A stretch of DNA of 55,274 nucleotides from Chiloscyllium plagiosum (lineage: Eukaryota): the NCBI RefSeq assembly GCF_004010195.1, contig NC_057718.1, forward strand, positions 32,385,237 through 32,440,510. The letters run 5' to 3'. A program made the position numbers and the translations under genes. Below the pieces are notes generated by a model. It was not told the origin of the DNA and searched no databases. It was given only the letters and a program-made list of their open reading frames with translations. Shown piece by piece: positions 1-12,420 of this stretch (its first letter is position 1; the number at the start of each line of letters is the position of its first letter).

Positions 1-485
1 ATACTGTTGCTGTTGCAAATTCCTCATCGCTTCTAACTGTCTCTCCAACCAATCCACTCGATCTGATTGGATGCGAATCCAACAGCATTTATGGCGGATA
101 TAATCCGCAGTAATCCTTAAACTCTCTTTAAACTCCACATCTGACAAGAAGTACATATCACTGCAAAGGCCATTTTTGCTCCTTCACAATCTACAGACCC
201 AGAAAATAACACCATCTTATTCCTCTACAAACACTGCCCCAGGTTAAATTAATAGCTGTGGCTTATATTTTAAGTTTAGTCAAGAGACTTATCTCCAAAA
301 ACATATAATCAAGAAAGAACCCACTGTCCTCACTAATACAGCCTTTCTCTTGGACAGACTTATTAACTTATCTGATTCTGTGCTGTGAACTTCGCCCAAC
401 AGTTCCTCCAAGATTAGTTGTGAATTTCACTGTTTGTTAATTTTCCCAGATGCACTCCGATGTCCAGCGATACACAAAATCAAAC
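1..485 (-). mobile_element. CR1-type LINE 5' end (5' UTR plus start of ORF1), degenerate, runs off the window start
   Basis: Minus-strand ATG at 173 gives MAFAVICTSCQMW. After a 1-nt frameshift: FKESLRITADYIRHKCCWIRIQSDRVDWLERQLEAMRNLQQQ. This is the CR1 ORF1 N-terminal zinc finger plus coiled coil. The UTR limit is approximate. Confidence 0.75.
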
Positions 486-733
486 AGCATGGAGATATAC
501 AGCATGGAAAGAAACCCTTCAGTCCAACACATCCATGCCGACTAGATATCCTAAAATAATCTAGTCCCATTTGGCAGCACCTGACCCATATCCCTCTAAA
601 CCATTCCTATTCATGTATCCATTTAGATGCCTTTTAAATGTTATAATTTACACCATCCACCACTTCCTCTGACACCGCATTCCTTAACCGCACCATACTT
701 TGCATGAAAAAGTTGCCCCTTAGGTCCCTTTGA
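486..733 (-). mobile_element. HER1/CR1 LINE 3' end fragment
   Basis: Encodes RDLRGNFFMQSMVRLRNAVSEEVV (CR1 ORF2 C-terminus); 3' UTR homologous to 25930-26184. Confidence 0.85.
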
Positions 734-751
734 CAGAGAGCAGTGTCGGTT

Positions 752-816
752 TCTTTCTCTCTCTCTCTCTGTGTCACACACACACATATACACATAAACA
801 CACACACACACACACA
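752..816. repeat. Compound (TC)n-(CA)n microsatellite
   Basis: Directly visible dinucleotide runs. Confidence 0.95.
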
Positions 817-1072
817 GACCATGTGGTCCCTGCCTTTGTCTCTCTTCTAACATGCCATTATTTTGATTTTTTTTCTCCCGAAGTTCCAAAACAATGAACC
901 AGCTTATAAAATAGTAATTACTGCTCCTGGAATTTGGCGAAATCAGCTCCAACACCTAAAATAGCTCAAACAAGGAGCAGCTCTTACAGCCACCATTTTT
1001 TCAGGTCCTGCATCTTGGATTATCCAGAATCCCTCACTCGATTTCAAGGTCAGTTAGACAGTCAACATTCCA

Positions 1073-1160
1073 GGTTCTTGAAGAAGGGTAACTAGACTCT
1101 GCTTTCTCTCTACAGATATGCCAGACCTCCTGAGTTTCTCCAGCAATTTCTGTTTTTGTC
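1073..1160 (+). mobile_element. PLE terminal-repeat fragment (family C), degenerate
   Basis: gttcttgaagaagggt...tctctacagatatgccagacctcctgagtttctccagcaatttctgtttttg; homologous to the reverse complement of 52508-52655. Confidence 0.75.
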
Positions 1161-1674
1161 CCAAGTACCTCCTGATGGGTCAGGAATGTTTATTATTGTG
1201 TTGTAACCTGCTACAAAATAATCAACTCCAAGAAAAAAATCCTTGAACAGTAAAATTGCAAATTACATGCATCCTACAAAGGGATTTGTTAATGACTTTC
1301 CACTTAACCTCTGGAATGTGGTACAGAGAGTTGGCTATCTGTAACATGAACCTTTGTCACTACAGTAATTGCTTCTCCAAGGTGCTCAGTCACTTGACCC
1401 CCACAGTATTGAATCCACCTTGTATTTTTATCCATGTAATCTTGCAATAGCAGTCAGACAAAGGGTGAGCGCTACTCTTTACAAAATCTGTCGAAGGTGT
1501 CAACCCCCAATAACTGCAGGCTACAAAAGAAAAATGACCGGTCTGACCAGTAAAAAGTAGTCAATTTTTATCTATGCTCTCTGCAAGTAAAATATAAAAC
1601 AGTGCAGCAGAAGTTACATTTCAGATAGGCTTCCTCAGAAGACTGTTGAGGAGATTTTTAAACAGAAAGAACTA

Positions 1675-2860
1675 CCTACATCTCCTCAATGCTGGCTGGC
1701 CAATCAATCCATCCTAGCAAAGAATTCCAGAGAGCTTACTCCAGTTTTACACTCAATGTTGAAAACAAGGTCATTGTTAAAGGCGGTATCCCTCAATTGT
1801 CTTGTCTCTCACTCATTGCTAATTGAATTCTCCTCTTATGCTTTTTAACCATCTCTGTGAAATTTAATAACGCCACACATGGTTGTTAATTCCTTTCTCT
1901 TTACTTTCAGAAGGTTTGCTTTGACTTTGCTAAGGGCTGCTAAACCCATGCTGCAGGATTCTCCACACTGTCTTCCATTATGTGAGGTAACGTCATACTA
2001 ACCTCTGTGGTGAGGTATCTGCTAAGACCAGACCTTTCTTGAGATTCCGCTAGGTCAAAACAGCAATACTTGTCAGTTCTTTCTTTATTTCTTCAAATTT
2101 GTTCTGGCATTCGAAATCTATTCCACATATGATCAGTTGATACAGTGGAACAATTTTTTTTAGCCAGTTGGGAGTAATTTTTCAACAATTCAAAATAATC
2201 CCAATGGATGTGTTGTTTTTTTCTCCGTGCCCTTTGCTTTCTTGATCTCCTCAATCATTTTCTGTATTGGAAGGATAGTGTCACCATCGATTTGTTGACC
2301 AACGTATGTCGCAGTTGAAAATAAGCGAACCTCCAAATTCCAATTTACTGTGTGTACTGGAATTTTATCTACAGCTTCATTACTGTCATCTTCCATGTGC
2401 TATTTTTCTTGCTTTCAGTGTACAACTTATGATTCTTCTGCTCAATAACATCAAATTCTGCTTCCTTGTCTCTCACACTGTTTGAAGATTACCAGACTCC
2501 TGAACCAGCTTTACATCAACCATGACCTGGCTGCGACTTGAAGCTTTACTATGACCTGATCCACTACTGTTCCCTCTCCTCCATCTTGCCATGTGGATTG
2601 AAGAACAGAACAATAAAGTTGGAACTGGGGGCTTATAAATTGTTGTTGGCTGCCATGGCGATGGTAGCATCTAAATTTCTGAGGCTTTGAACTTAGATGC
2701 TGTTTCCTAGTTCCTGCCTAAATTTCCATGAGCATAACCTCAATGCAGACCTCCTTCCTCTTCCGCTTATTGGCATTGCTCAAAAGCTTAGCCTGAATTT
2801 TATTGTTATTTAGGCTTTCTGTGAATGTTGCTTTAAAGTTCACTCCACTGGCAACTTCCT
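1675..2860 (-). mobile_element. Ty3/Gypsy LTR-retrotransposon internal relic (gag, RT connection, RNase H), heavily deleted
   Basis: Minus-strand pieces in the expected order: NNNKIQAKLLSNA (gag-like), VGQQIDGDTILP, LGLF, IVPLYQLI, FEEIKKELTSIAVL, GLVLADTSP, LPHIMEDSVENP, LSKVKAN, CGVIKFH. They match Gypsy LAPLYQLL / LVLACDASP / LSHIMEDGSEKP / FGVKKFH. Confidence 0.7.
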
Positions 2861-2861
2861 G

Positions 2862-2950
2862 AAAGTGGCCACGCAGGTAGATAGGGTGGTAACGAAGGTA
2901 TATGTCATGCTTGTCTTTATTGGTCAGGGAATTGAGAACAATAGTCAGGT
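2862..2950 (+). mobile_element. Short CR1 ORF2 fragment
   Basis: QVDRVVTKVYVMLVFIGQGIE, homologous to 25535-25600 and 43900-43970. Confidence 0.7.
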
Positions 2951-5900
2951 GGCCCAACACCTCAAAAGCATCTGACTCCGTCAAAGTGAAGAAAAAAAAA
3001 TGTTTTCCTCATCTTCCACTTGCTTCACTTGTAGCCAAATGGTAACTTTTCTTCATAATTGCACCAATCCCCTTTGTTAACAGCTGAATTTGTTTGGTGC
3101 CTTTTATTTTGACAATACACTGTTCTGACTTATTGTGTACCTCAACGTGAAATATGCATCGAGTACAATCTTTCAAATTACTCTAATTACCTCAAAATCA
3201 AATTTAAGAATTCCAAAAAGTGTTTCTTCATGTTCTTCATTTCCTAATTTGTGAAATGAAGAGTATTAAATCATTTTATTCCCCCCTTAATTTCATACTT
3301 CTTTTATTTATTGCACTGGATTATACGTTCACCTGAAGATAACCATGACTGAATAATCTTATTTTCAGCTCCTCAACAGTGAAGGCAGAGAGGTAACTGC
3401 AATATACTTTAGATACATTGCAACCATGTTGCTTTAGATGTATCACATTTCTTTGTCAATTTTAAAAATACTCTCTTCATTTAAGCAAATTAAATTCAAT
3501 AGGGTTACAATATTGCAAACTTCAAACACAATTATAAAATGATATAAGTATCAAACTATGTAATAAACCGCTGGAACAAAGCTCAAGTAACTTGTGAATA
3601 TCCTCCAATTGTCAAGATCATTGCAGCCTCTAATTCACCCCAACACCATTCATATTTCAATATGAAGTGATTAAAATGTTGTAAAGATTGTCATAGGTCA
3701 TGCAGACTGATGTTTTCCATTAATGTCCTCTGTGAGAAATTGTTAGCATTTGTTCTGATAAGTGTCAAAGCAACAGAATGCAATGACAGTTATCATAAAA
3801 GTTCTTCAGTAAGCAACAACATTGCACGTATCTCATTTTTAGCTCAAATGAATTCTGATTAACCCCTTCAAGTCTGACTCCCTTTCATCCACCTCCACCT
3901 CCTAAACCACACTAACAGTCATTGTTAAATAAAGATATGAAATAATTTTGTGTAACATGTTGATTTGCAAATTTTTGTTCTGAGAACATTCATTTAACAA
4001 AATGTAAAATTTGACATTCCTCACTACTTTCGTAACAGACAGTTCTTGTAAAACACCATTTTTAAAAATCTCTTAAACGACACCCAGGCTTTCGACAGTG
4101 CATAATGTGGATGTGTCTTATCTGAACATTTTTCTGAAACACATTTTTCATTCCAGAGATTGAGAGTGAGATTTTTGATTGCTTGTGTGAAAGCGTGACA
4201 AAGGCAGTGAGTGCGTGAGACTCAGCAGCTACGAGGAACGTTTATAAGAACCAGGAGTCCACTTTTTTTTTTGAAGCACCTTTAAACAAGTCAGCTCTCC
4301 TTCAGTTCTCATGTGGGTATATAAAGTGCGCTGATATTTAGTTAATTTGATTAATTATATACATGACTCAAGAGTTTCACAGATTGCCTCACATCTGTAT
4401 GAGCACGTAGCAGCTCCAACAGAAGTAAGAGTGGCATATTTTTCACTTTATTGCTTGTTGTGTGGTTATAGACCAGGAATATTGAAGCTTGGTTCCTTTG
4501 GTAGAATCCCACCATTTCAGTTTCTGGGGCACTATTTTCAGGCCTGAATCTGAACATAACAACAAGTCTCTGAGTTATTCTTAACAGAAGGTAATCCACT
4601 AAAAACCAGCCTCTGCAGCCCCTGATTAATTAGTAACAGTAGGTGTGATGATGTGGCCATTTGCAGAGGAGATTACAGAAATGTTCCAGCCAAGCTCACT
4701 GGTAATCTAGTATTCCAGGCCACTGCATCCGCAGGAATTGGGAGGAAATCTGGAAAGCCTCTGTCCTTCCGATTCTCTCACTCTTAGCTGGAAGTCCAGT
4801 TCGGTAATCTACAGCAATGTGAGCTTTGTTAAGGTCAGGATGAGAAGGACAACCTCTCTCACCAAACAGATACAGATGGAAGTGGAAAATGAAATGACCA
4901 ACTGTAGTGTGTCCACTCAAACCTTGAGATCATGTGTTAACAGAATCTTGGACTTCAAAGGGTCTGTTAGGTGACCCTCACCATGCCCACTTTCTGACTT
5001 GAACAACATCCTCCTGCAGCTCAGCCCAATCCTCTCCCTGCAGGCAACTCATTCTGCACCTATTGCCCTCACACCCATGTCTCACTATCTCCATTCACAA
5101 ATGGCTACCTTCATTCCTCTGTACACAAGCCATTCTGTGCTATCACTCCCTGCAGATGGAAGTACACAATTTGGCTGAAGGAAGAGATATATGTTTGAGG
5201 CAAGCAGGGCTTGGGATTTTATAAACAGGCAGCTTGCTGGCCACTGGGATTCCATTCAGCCTTGTCCACTAGGAAGGTTTTGTACAAAGGCTACAGATAT
5301 AACAATCAACCTTCTATGGAAGCCCTGAGAATGTTGCAGCAACATGTTCACACATGTCAAGAGAACTGACTGTGCTGTGTCTGTGGGCCTTGTTTAAGGG
5401 TCTCTCTGTCACTTGGTATTCATTCTGTCCAATGCAGGAAAATTGGTGAGGAGATGTTGGTGCTTTTGTTGATGTTGCTCCTGTTGTTTCTGGAGCATTT
5501 TACTGGGGCAAAGCCCTGACGCTAGAAACTGTGTAACAGTTGATGGGGGAGCTGCAAAAGCTGCTGCCTATCTGAAGTTTGGGAATGGAAAGCAGAGCTG
5601 AGAGCTGGTCAGATGGTACCCTCCAAACAGCTGGCACCTGAAATAGACAACAGTGTATTGTGCCACATAGAGTGATAGAAACATCTCCATTCACATTTGG
5701 AGATAATCTCATTTCATGGAGTTCTATTGGGATTCCAATAGAACTTTATACAGCCATCACTATCTAAAAACCACTATGCTCCGAACCTTTTATCTACATA
5801 TATATATCCCTAAAACATTTCCTAAATATTTTTTTAGGCACAACAGAAATGCAAGCAAATTCATGACTGCATTGGTCTTGAGTCATCGTGTCATCTCATT

Positions 5901-5959
5901 ACGATCTGCTGATTGTCACAGGTCTGTTTAAAATAAATGTTTTCCTTTCACTCCTCTCG

Positions 5960-6390
5960 AACACTTTCCTGTTCTGTTTTCCAGTACAATGTCTTGAAAG
6001 TAAAGATAAAATTTTAAAATCACATCCCTCCAATGCATTCGCCTCTCCCTCTCTCTGTATTTTTCTCCAGTTCCAGAACCCTCAGACATATCTGTAGTGA
6101 TCTGATGCTGGCTGATTTTGTATTTCCAATTATAAATGCTCCCGACTCCCCCCATCTTAGTGGCTGTGCCTTCGGTAGCATAGCTCCCAAGCTCTGGAAT
6201 TGCCTCTGTACACCTCTCTTTCTCACTTGCCTCCCCTAAATTAGTTCTTAAAATTCTCCTTATTTAACTAAGCTTTTTTTATCCTCTGACCTAATATTTC
6301 CATATGTGGTACAATGTCAGACTTCATTTTTTAACATCTCTGTGAAGCTCCTTGGGATGATTCATTATGTTACATAAATATAAGTAATTG
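5960..6390 (+). mobile_element. L2-clade LINE 3' end, degenerate
   Basis: GCAFGSIAPKLWNCL (L2 ORF2 C-terminal RAFS..APKLWNSLP motif), then an L2-type tail ctgtgaagctccttgggatg...tataagt. Confidence 0.75.
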
Positions 6391-8012
6391 TTGGATGCTC
6401 CAAACGCATTATTTTAGATCAGCAGCAAGACAAAAAGAGCTAATGCAAACATCACACATGCAGCAATCACGCAGTGGGACTTGCATTAAAAATGATCAGG
6501 TAACCCAGAAAAACTCGGGCAATGTGCAAAGAGAACACTGAATATTAAAACTAGACTGCAAACAGTGAAACTTTTATGAGAAATCCTTTAAAAAAACTTG
6601 ATGAGGTGTCAACAAATCATCATCCTCTTCAGCAATTGGGAATTCAAATCCCCTTGCAGCTATTTTTTGAAATTTGTAAATAATCATAAAACTATAAAGA
6701 GTAATAGAAGTTAAGGCTCAATAATAAGGGCTAATTATACTGGACTGTGCCTTTTTCTTCTGATTGACTACTAATGGTTATTCATTATTAAATAACCTGT
6801 GTTTCACTAATGACACTTTATCCATTAAACATTGAAGTCACATTTCATTAGTACTCCAAATGATGTGCATAGTTTTAGCCTGCAGTTGTTCATAATCGAA
6901 GCAATATGTTGTTCCATATTTGTGGAATCAGTTGAACAAAGTGCAACTTTCCTGACTGTAAATGAACGTTTGCGGAACTGAATGACTGTACTACTACAGC
7001 CATATGATAAAAACAGATACGATGTCAGCAACATAATTGTATGGTGCAGAAAATAATTATGATTTTAAAGTGAGCATTTTCTTTCCTAATAGTCTTTTGA
7101 CATTTTGCACATCGTCTGATGTGGACTCTGATTACAAGTGAGCACTAATGATGTTCCTTCATTTTCCAAACAATTTGTTCACAGCATCCTAGCGCAGTGG
7201 GTAGAGAGTTTCATTCCTGTGTTCCTTTCGGGAGACCTGTATTGTGAAAAGATTTTCTTTCTCAGATCTTATCTGTCAGTACATGGAAAACTTATGTATA
7301 AACATCAAAAAAAGAAAGAAAACTTTCTCAGCAACATGTTCTGTCGCAACTGTCTGATAAGTTTTGTACTTCAAGTTTAAAATAACTTTGAGGCATTCAA
7401 GGGGACATGACCTAGAACTGAACTTTATAACATTGCTGATAACAATTATAGACGCCTTTGATAATATCCACCTGAGCTGTCTGCATTGCCATATATATAG
7501 CCACTTGTGGGTGTATGTATATGTGTGTATTTTTTTCATATCTATAAAGTGGAATCCATCTATCAATCTTTTCCACTTGCTGACCACAGAATTGACCGTC
7601 AAAGGATTTCACAATAGGGTGGGGTTGATTTTTTCTTTTCAAAGATATGCAAGATTTATGTTATTTTTCAATATATCGTTATAACATAAATTAGTAACCT
7701 TTTGAACTGCAACTGTAACTCTGAGACTTTCTGACATCTCTCATTTAGACTGGGCTATGTTAACACTTACTGTTGAGAATAACGAGAAAGTGAAAATATT
7801 TCAATGGGAAAAATGGGTGACAATTTACAATCAAGATGGGTTGGCTGGGTGATGCACTGGCAGCGAGGAGACAGATTTTTGTACATAACTCCCCACAGAA
7901 GAAATTCATCCTTCAACTCAGCAGCTCTACTTACAGGAGACAATATAATTTGTCTCTGGGAAGGAATTCTTGTCAGAGTTTCCAAAATCATGGCTTTGCA
8001 AGATTAGTAGAT

Positions 8013-8110
8013 TGAGCTGAAAATGTGTTGCTGGAAAAGCGCAGCAGGTCAGGCAGCATCCGGGGAACAGGAGAATTGACGTTTCAGGCATAAGCCCTTC
8101 TTCAGGAATG
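8013..8110 (-). mobile_element. Short PLE terminal-repeat copy (family A) with hammerhead core
   Basis: Minus strand cattc-CTGAAGA-a-gggc-ttat-gcct-GAAA-cgtc-aattctcc; near-identical to 36593-36682 and 45438-45568. Confidence 0.85.
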
Positions 8111-8619
8111 GCAGATTACCTTGAGAGATGAGGTTAATCCATTTATATTATTGTTTGCTCTGTATCCTTTGATTTATCTTCCATATAAAGTTCTCACAAA
8201 GGAGTTTTCTGATTGGTTTACTGTGGTGAATTTCTCAAGTTGATTTTTGATTGATTTAATTAAATTCTTTTTAAAAAGGATTTTGGGCAGCATAGCTGCC
8301 ATGTGACTTCCCTGTGGCCTATCATGAAGTAATGTGCTTTTTAATTTCCCAGTTCACTGTTATTTATGAGTTATTGCAAAGACAGGCAGTGGTGATGGCT
8401 GACTCATTGACCATTCTTGTCAAGTGAATGGGGAAGGAACTTAGGGAGCAGCAAGTGAACGGGACTGCCTCATTCCCCCTTTCCTCCCTCTTTCCATTCG
8501 ACAATGTTGTAAATATAACTCACAATGAGATCCAGTAAGTGATTTTTAAAACAACAACTTCTTCTTCCACAAGCAGTAATATCCCCCATTTTTTTCAGTC
8601 CACAGTTCAAAAAAATAAA

Positions 8620-9555
8620 GTGGTCTTTCTGTCAGCGATCATAAGGTTCAGATAAACAGTGGAGAAGAGCAAGGAGCAATCTAAAGTAGGACTTATAAAA
8701 TGGAAAGAGACCTAACTTCAGTAGGGGTGCAGAGGGTTTAACCAAGGTAAAATAAAACCAAGTTCTGTCAGGAAAAATGGTCATGGAACTTATGGGTTTC
8801 TTTAAGGTTGAGATTTTTCCAGTGTAGGCTAGGTAGTTTCAAACAAGGATAAAAGATGGCTGAAACAAAGTCATGGATCATGATGGAGACAGAGGATATG
8901 ATAAAACTTAAAAAGAAGTGTACAATCTGTGTTGGGATAATTCTTAAAGGGAAAACCAACCAATGACGAAGTTGAAAGAAGAAGTGAAGAGGAAAATAAG
9001 ACTGTCAAAGAGGGAATACGGGAATAGATTATAGTTAGCATAACCAAGAATACAAAAAATCTTGACAGAACATAATAATAAGTGGATAGTGAGAAGAGTA
9101 AGAGGGTCCTCTTAGAGTAATGTATGCTTTCTGAGTGCAAGGTATAACTAGATTATTCAATTAATACTTTATATCAGTGTTCACTAAGGAAGAATGGTGA
9201 CAGAATATCAGTAAAAGCAGAGCTGGTTGAGGAAATAGATGGGGTGAAAGGAATGTAAAGGTTTTTATTATTCATTCATGGAAATGAGTGTACTTCACTG
9301 ACTGCGCCAGCATGTAATGCCCATCCCTAATTGCCCTTAAGAAGGTGAGCTGCTTTACAGAATTGCTGCAGTCTTCGATGAAGTACCCTAGAACAGGCCA
9401 ATTCCCAATATTGAAGCCTGTGACTTAGAGTTAGGTTTATTCAGCTTCAAATTTAAAAATGGCTTAAAGAGAAGGAAATGGTGACTGGTGGTTTCCATTA
9501 AGACTACAGATTGGTAAACAGTGATGTTTACCAAGGATCAGTGCTGGGCATCCTT
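8620..9555 (+). mobile_element. Old CR1 ORF2 fragments (endonuclease-RT linker and part of RT), interrupted
   Basis: Purine-rich decayed ORF2-like sequence ending in caaggatcagtgctggg (QGSVLG RT motif). Confidence 0.6.
9262..9375 (-). mobile_element. 3' end of second CR1-group LINE family ('family 2')
   Basis: gccagcatgtaatgcccatccctaattgcccttaagaaggtgagctgc matches 31420-31480. Confidence 0.75.
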
Positions 9556-9574
9556 CACATCCTTCCTTGTTGGT

Positions 9575-10200
9575 TCAAGCATTTTCCTTATGGCCGATGT
9601 TAGACTAACAGGTCTGTAATAGGCCTGTGAAGTTTTTAAAGATTAACAGCAATGCATCAAACTGAACTGCCATCTCTTTTGCCACCTCAGGATGTAGACA
9701 AGCAACTCCAGAGATTTGTCTGCTTCAAGTCTGATTAATTTCCCAGCTTTAACTCATGTGCAGTCATCACTAGATACTCCATTAATTCTGGGAAATTCGA
9801 AGACAGACATAAAGTACTGGTCAATTTCTCTGATATTTCATTAATCCCCATTATAAATTCTCTTGACACCACTTGTGATAAACCTGATTTCAAGGAGATG
9901 ATATCAGACTGGGGTGGACAAAGTTAAAAATCACACAACACCAGGTTATCGTCCAACAGGTTGATTTGGAAGCACTGGCAGCGCTCCAAAAGCTAGTGCT
10001 TCCAAATCAACCTGTTGGACTATAATCTGGTGTTGTGTGATTTTTAACTTTGTAATAAGCCTGCATTTGTTTTTGCTCATTTTTATATGCCTGTAGAAGC
10101 TTTTACAGTCCACGTTTTGTGTCTCACTAGTTAACTCTCATTTTATTTTGTCCTTTCCTTATCTTGTTCTTAGTCACTCTTTGCAAAATTCTAAAATGCT
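9575..10200 (-). mobile_element. Old CR1 ORF2 fragment interrupted by a PLE insertion
   Basis: gatgttagactaacaggtctgtaat is the reverse complement of an NYRPVSLTS motif; resembles 29690-30250. Confidence 0.65.
9887..10049. mobile_element. Palindromic (head-to-head) PLE terminal-repeat copy (family B)
   Basis: Inverted arms about 9918-9979 and 9992-10053. Degenerate TSD ttgtgataaacctg (9873-9886) / ttgtaataagcctg (10050-10063). Confidence 0.85.
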
Positions 10201-10751
10201 GGTAATTAATATTTTGTGTTAGAGGATAAGTATGTTATAATAAGTTTTTGGTTTCTTGCTCTTTGATGAAACCTGGTATAGGTTTCTTTTAACTTAGATA
10301 GTGGTCACAGTCAGGCATTAACTATCCTACAGATTAAATTGGCCGTACTTCAGATTGGTGATGCGCACCGCTCCCATCAACATTGTCACATGGGCTTTAT
10401 GAAAGAAAAGTGGGCAAGTAGTACTGCGGTGCAGATCAGGCATGTGACATTGGCATGTTTAAAAACAAGTATCAACAAGGACATTTTTAACCAATGCACA
10501 ACTAACAGGGCTGGGAAAATTTGTTTTCCACAAAATAAAACGTGTTTAAGTGGAGTAAGGAACATTTTTTTTCTGAAACATAGTATCTCCAAGATTACCT
10601 GTAGGGGAGGCAAACTGCTTTTCCTTCTATTTTGGCCCAAGCGTGTTTATCAATAGCAACCTCAACACAACATTCCACCTTACTTTCATGGCAGCTAACT
10701 CTGGTAGTAAGAACAGTTACAACGAAAAGAATAATTCTGTCTCATTATCTA

Positions 10752-11445
10752 ACATAGAGTCATATAGTATGGAAATAGACCCTTTGATCCAACCAGTCCA
10801 TGCCGACCTTGTTCTCAAACTAAACCAGTCCCACTTACCTACACTTGCCCATATCCCGCCAAGCGTTTCCTGTTCCTGTTCATCCGACTGTCTTTTAAAG
10901 AGTCTAACTGTACCTGCAACCACCACTTCGGCTGGCAGTTCATTGCACACATGAACCACTCTCTGTGTTAAAAAGTTGCCTGTCTTGTCCTTTTTTAAAT
11001 CTTTCTCTTCTCGCCTTAAAAATGTGCCTTCTAGTTTTTAACTCCTCCAACACGAGCGAAAATACTCTTGTCATTCACCTCATGATTTTGTAAAAACCTC
11101 AATAAGGTCACCCCTCAACCTTCTATGCTCCAGTGAAAGAGGTCCGGTCTTTCCAATCTATTTTTAAATTTCAAACCCTCCATTCCCAGCAACATCCTGG
11201 TCAATCTTTGCTGAACCCTCTCCAGTTTAATAACATCTTTTCTATAACTGGGTGACCAGAACTGTGTACAGTGCTCCATTAGAAGCCTCACCAACGTTCT
11301 GTAGAACTTCAACATTATGTCCCAACTCCTGTGTTTGATAGTCTAAGCAATCAAAGCAAGCTTGCTAAATGTCTTCTTCACCACCCTGTCTACCTGTCAA
11401 TCAAAGTTTAAATAATTATGTACCTAAACCCATGGGTCTCTCTGT
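10752..11445 (-). mobile_element. HER1/CR1 LINE, 5'-truncated
   Basis: MLKFYRTLVRLLMEHCTQFWSPSYRKDVIKLERVQQRLTRML and HVCNELPAEVVVAGT; CR1 3' UTR with ctatg tail. Confidence 0.92.
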
Positions 11446-12087
11446 GCCCAAAGGAGAAAAAAAGTGTGTAATTCTCCGATTGGTATTTTTTGAATGAAGC
11501 TGTTTGCTAATGGAAAAAAAATCAAGTGCTAAAATTCTAATTCTAATCTTGCTCACCTAACAGGAGGTTTTGGTCAGAACTATGTTTAAAATTGTGCATG
11601 ATTTATTACAAGGGCAGGTTAGCCAAAATCCCATACTGAAATAGTATTGAAATGATGCCATCGATATTAGTGCAACAAATTCATAGGAAATTCGAAACTG
11701 CTAAACAGAAAAGGCATCCTAATCTACCATCCTGGTCATGGCATTACATAACAATAATGTATGTGTTGACTGATGTTAGCAGTCAACCTTTATCAAACCA
11801 TTTACATCACATCTAAATCCATCGAAATCAGTTTGATTTGAGAAAACGCCCAGGAGCAGAGAACTAGATTATTTGTGGAGGAAGCAGAAAAGTCGAGTCA
11901 GGGACGTTCCAGCCACAACAAACAGAGCATGTGAGTGCCAAGGCGAGCTGGTTGGAAACTCAACCTCCGTTCTCTGTGGACTTCGGCCGAGTTTTATTGT
12001 TAGGTCCTTTAGCCTTCATCCATTCGCCCTCCCACACGTTCCCCATGTCCCCTCCATTCCTCCCATGCTCGTTCATTCCTCTTGCCT

Positions 12088-12420
12088 TCAGAATCACAGT
12101 CCAATTACAGCACAGAGGCCATTCAGCCCACTTTGGCTGCACAACTCTCCACATGAGCATCATGACTAAGTGTCATTCCTTTTCCCCACACATTTGCACA
12201 TAGTTTCTGTTTATATAATCATCCAGTGCCTCTTGAATGTCTCAGTTGAATCTGCATACACCACACCCATTTCATTCCAGATTCAAAACAATCATTGTGT
12301 GAAAATCTACTTTATTCCATTACATTTGCTTCTTTTGGAAGTCACTTTAAATCTGTGCCTTCTTATCTGTTTTACAAGAGGAAACAGTTTTTTTCTTATC
12401 AACTTGAGCATGCTTCATGC
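12088..12420 (-). mobile_element. CR1 LINE 3' end, degenerate
   Basis: acagcacagaggccattcagccc (reverse complement of the CR1 3' stem-loop region) followed by decayed ORF2 C-terminus. Confidence 0.7.

Noticed and set aside
634..955. ORFs with VCVCV and RERE runs
   Set aside because: Translation of the microsatellite and adjacent LINE fragment
4150..4400. TATA-like gggtatataaag near 4315-4326 as a promoter
   Set aside because: No CpG island and no downstream exon or recognisable gene; the motif is expected by chance in AT-rich DNA
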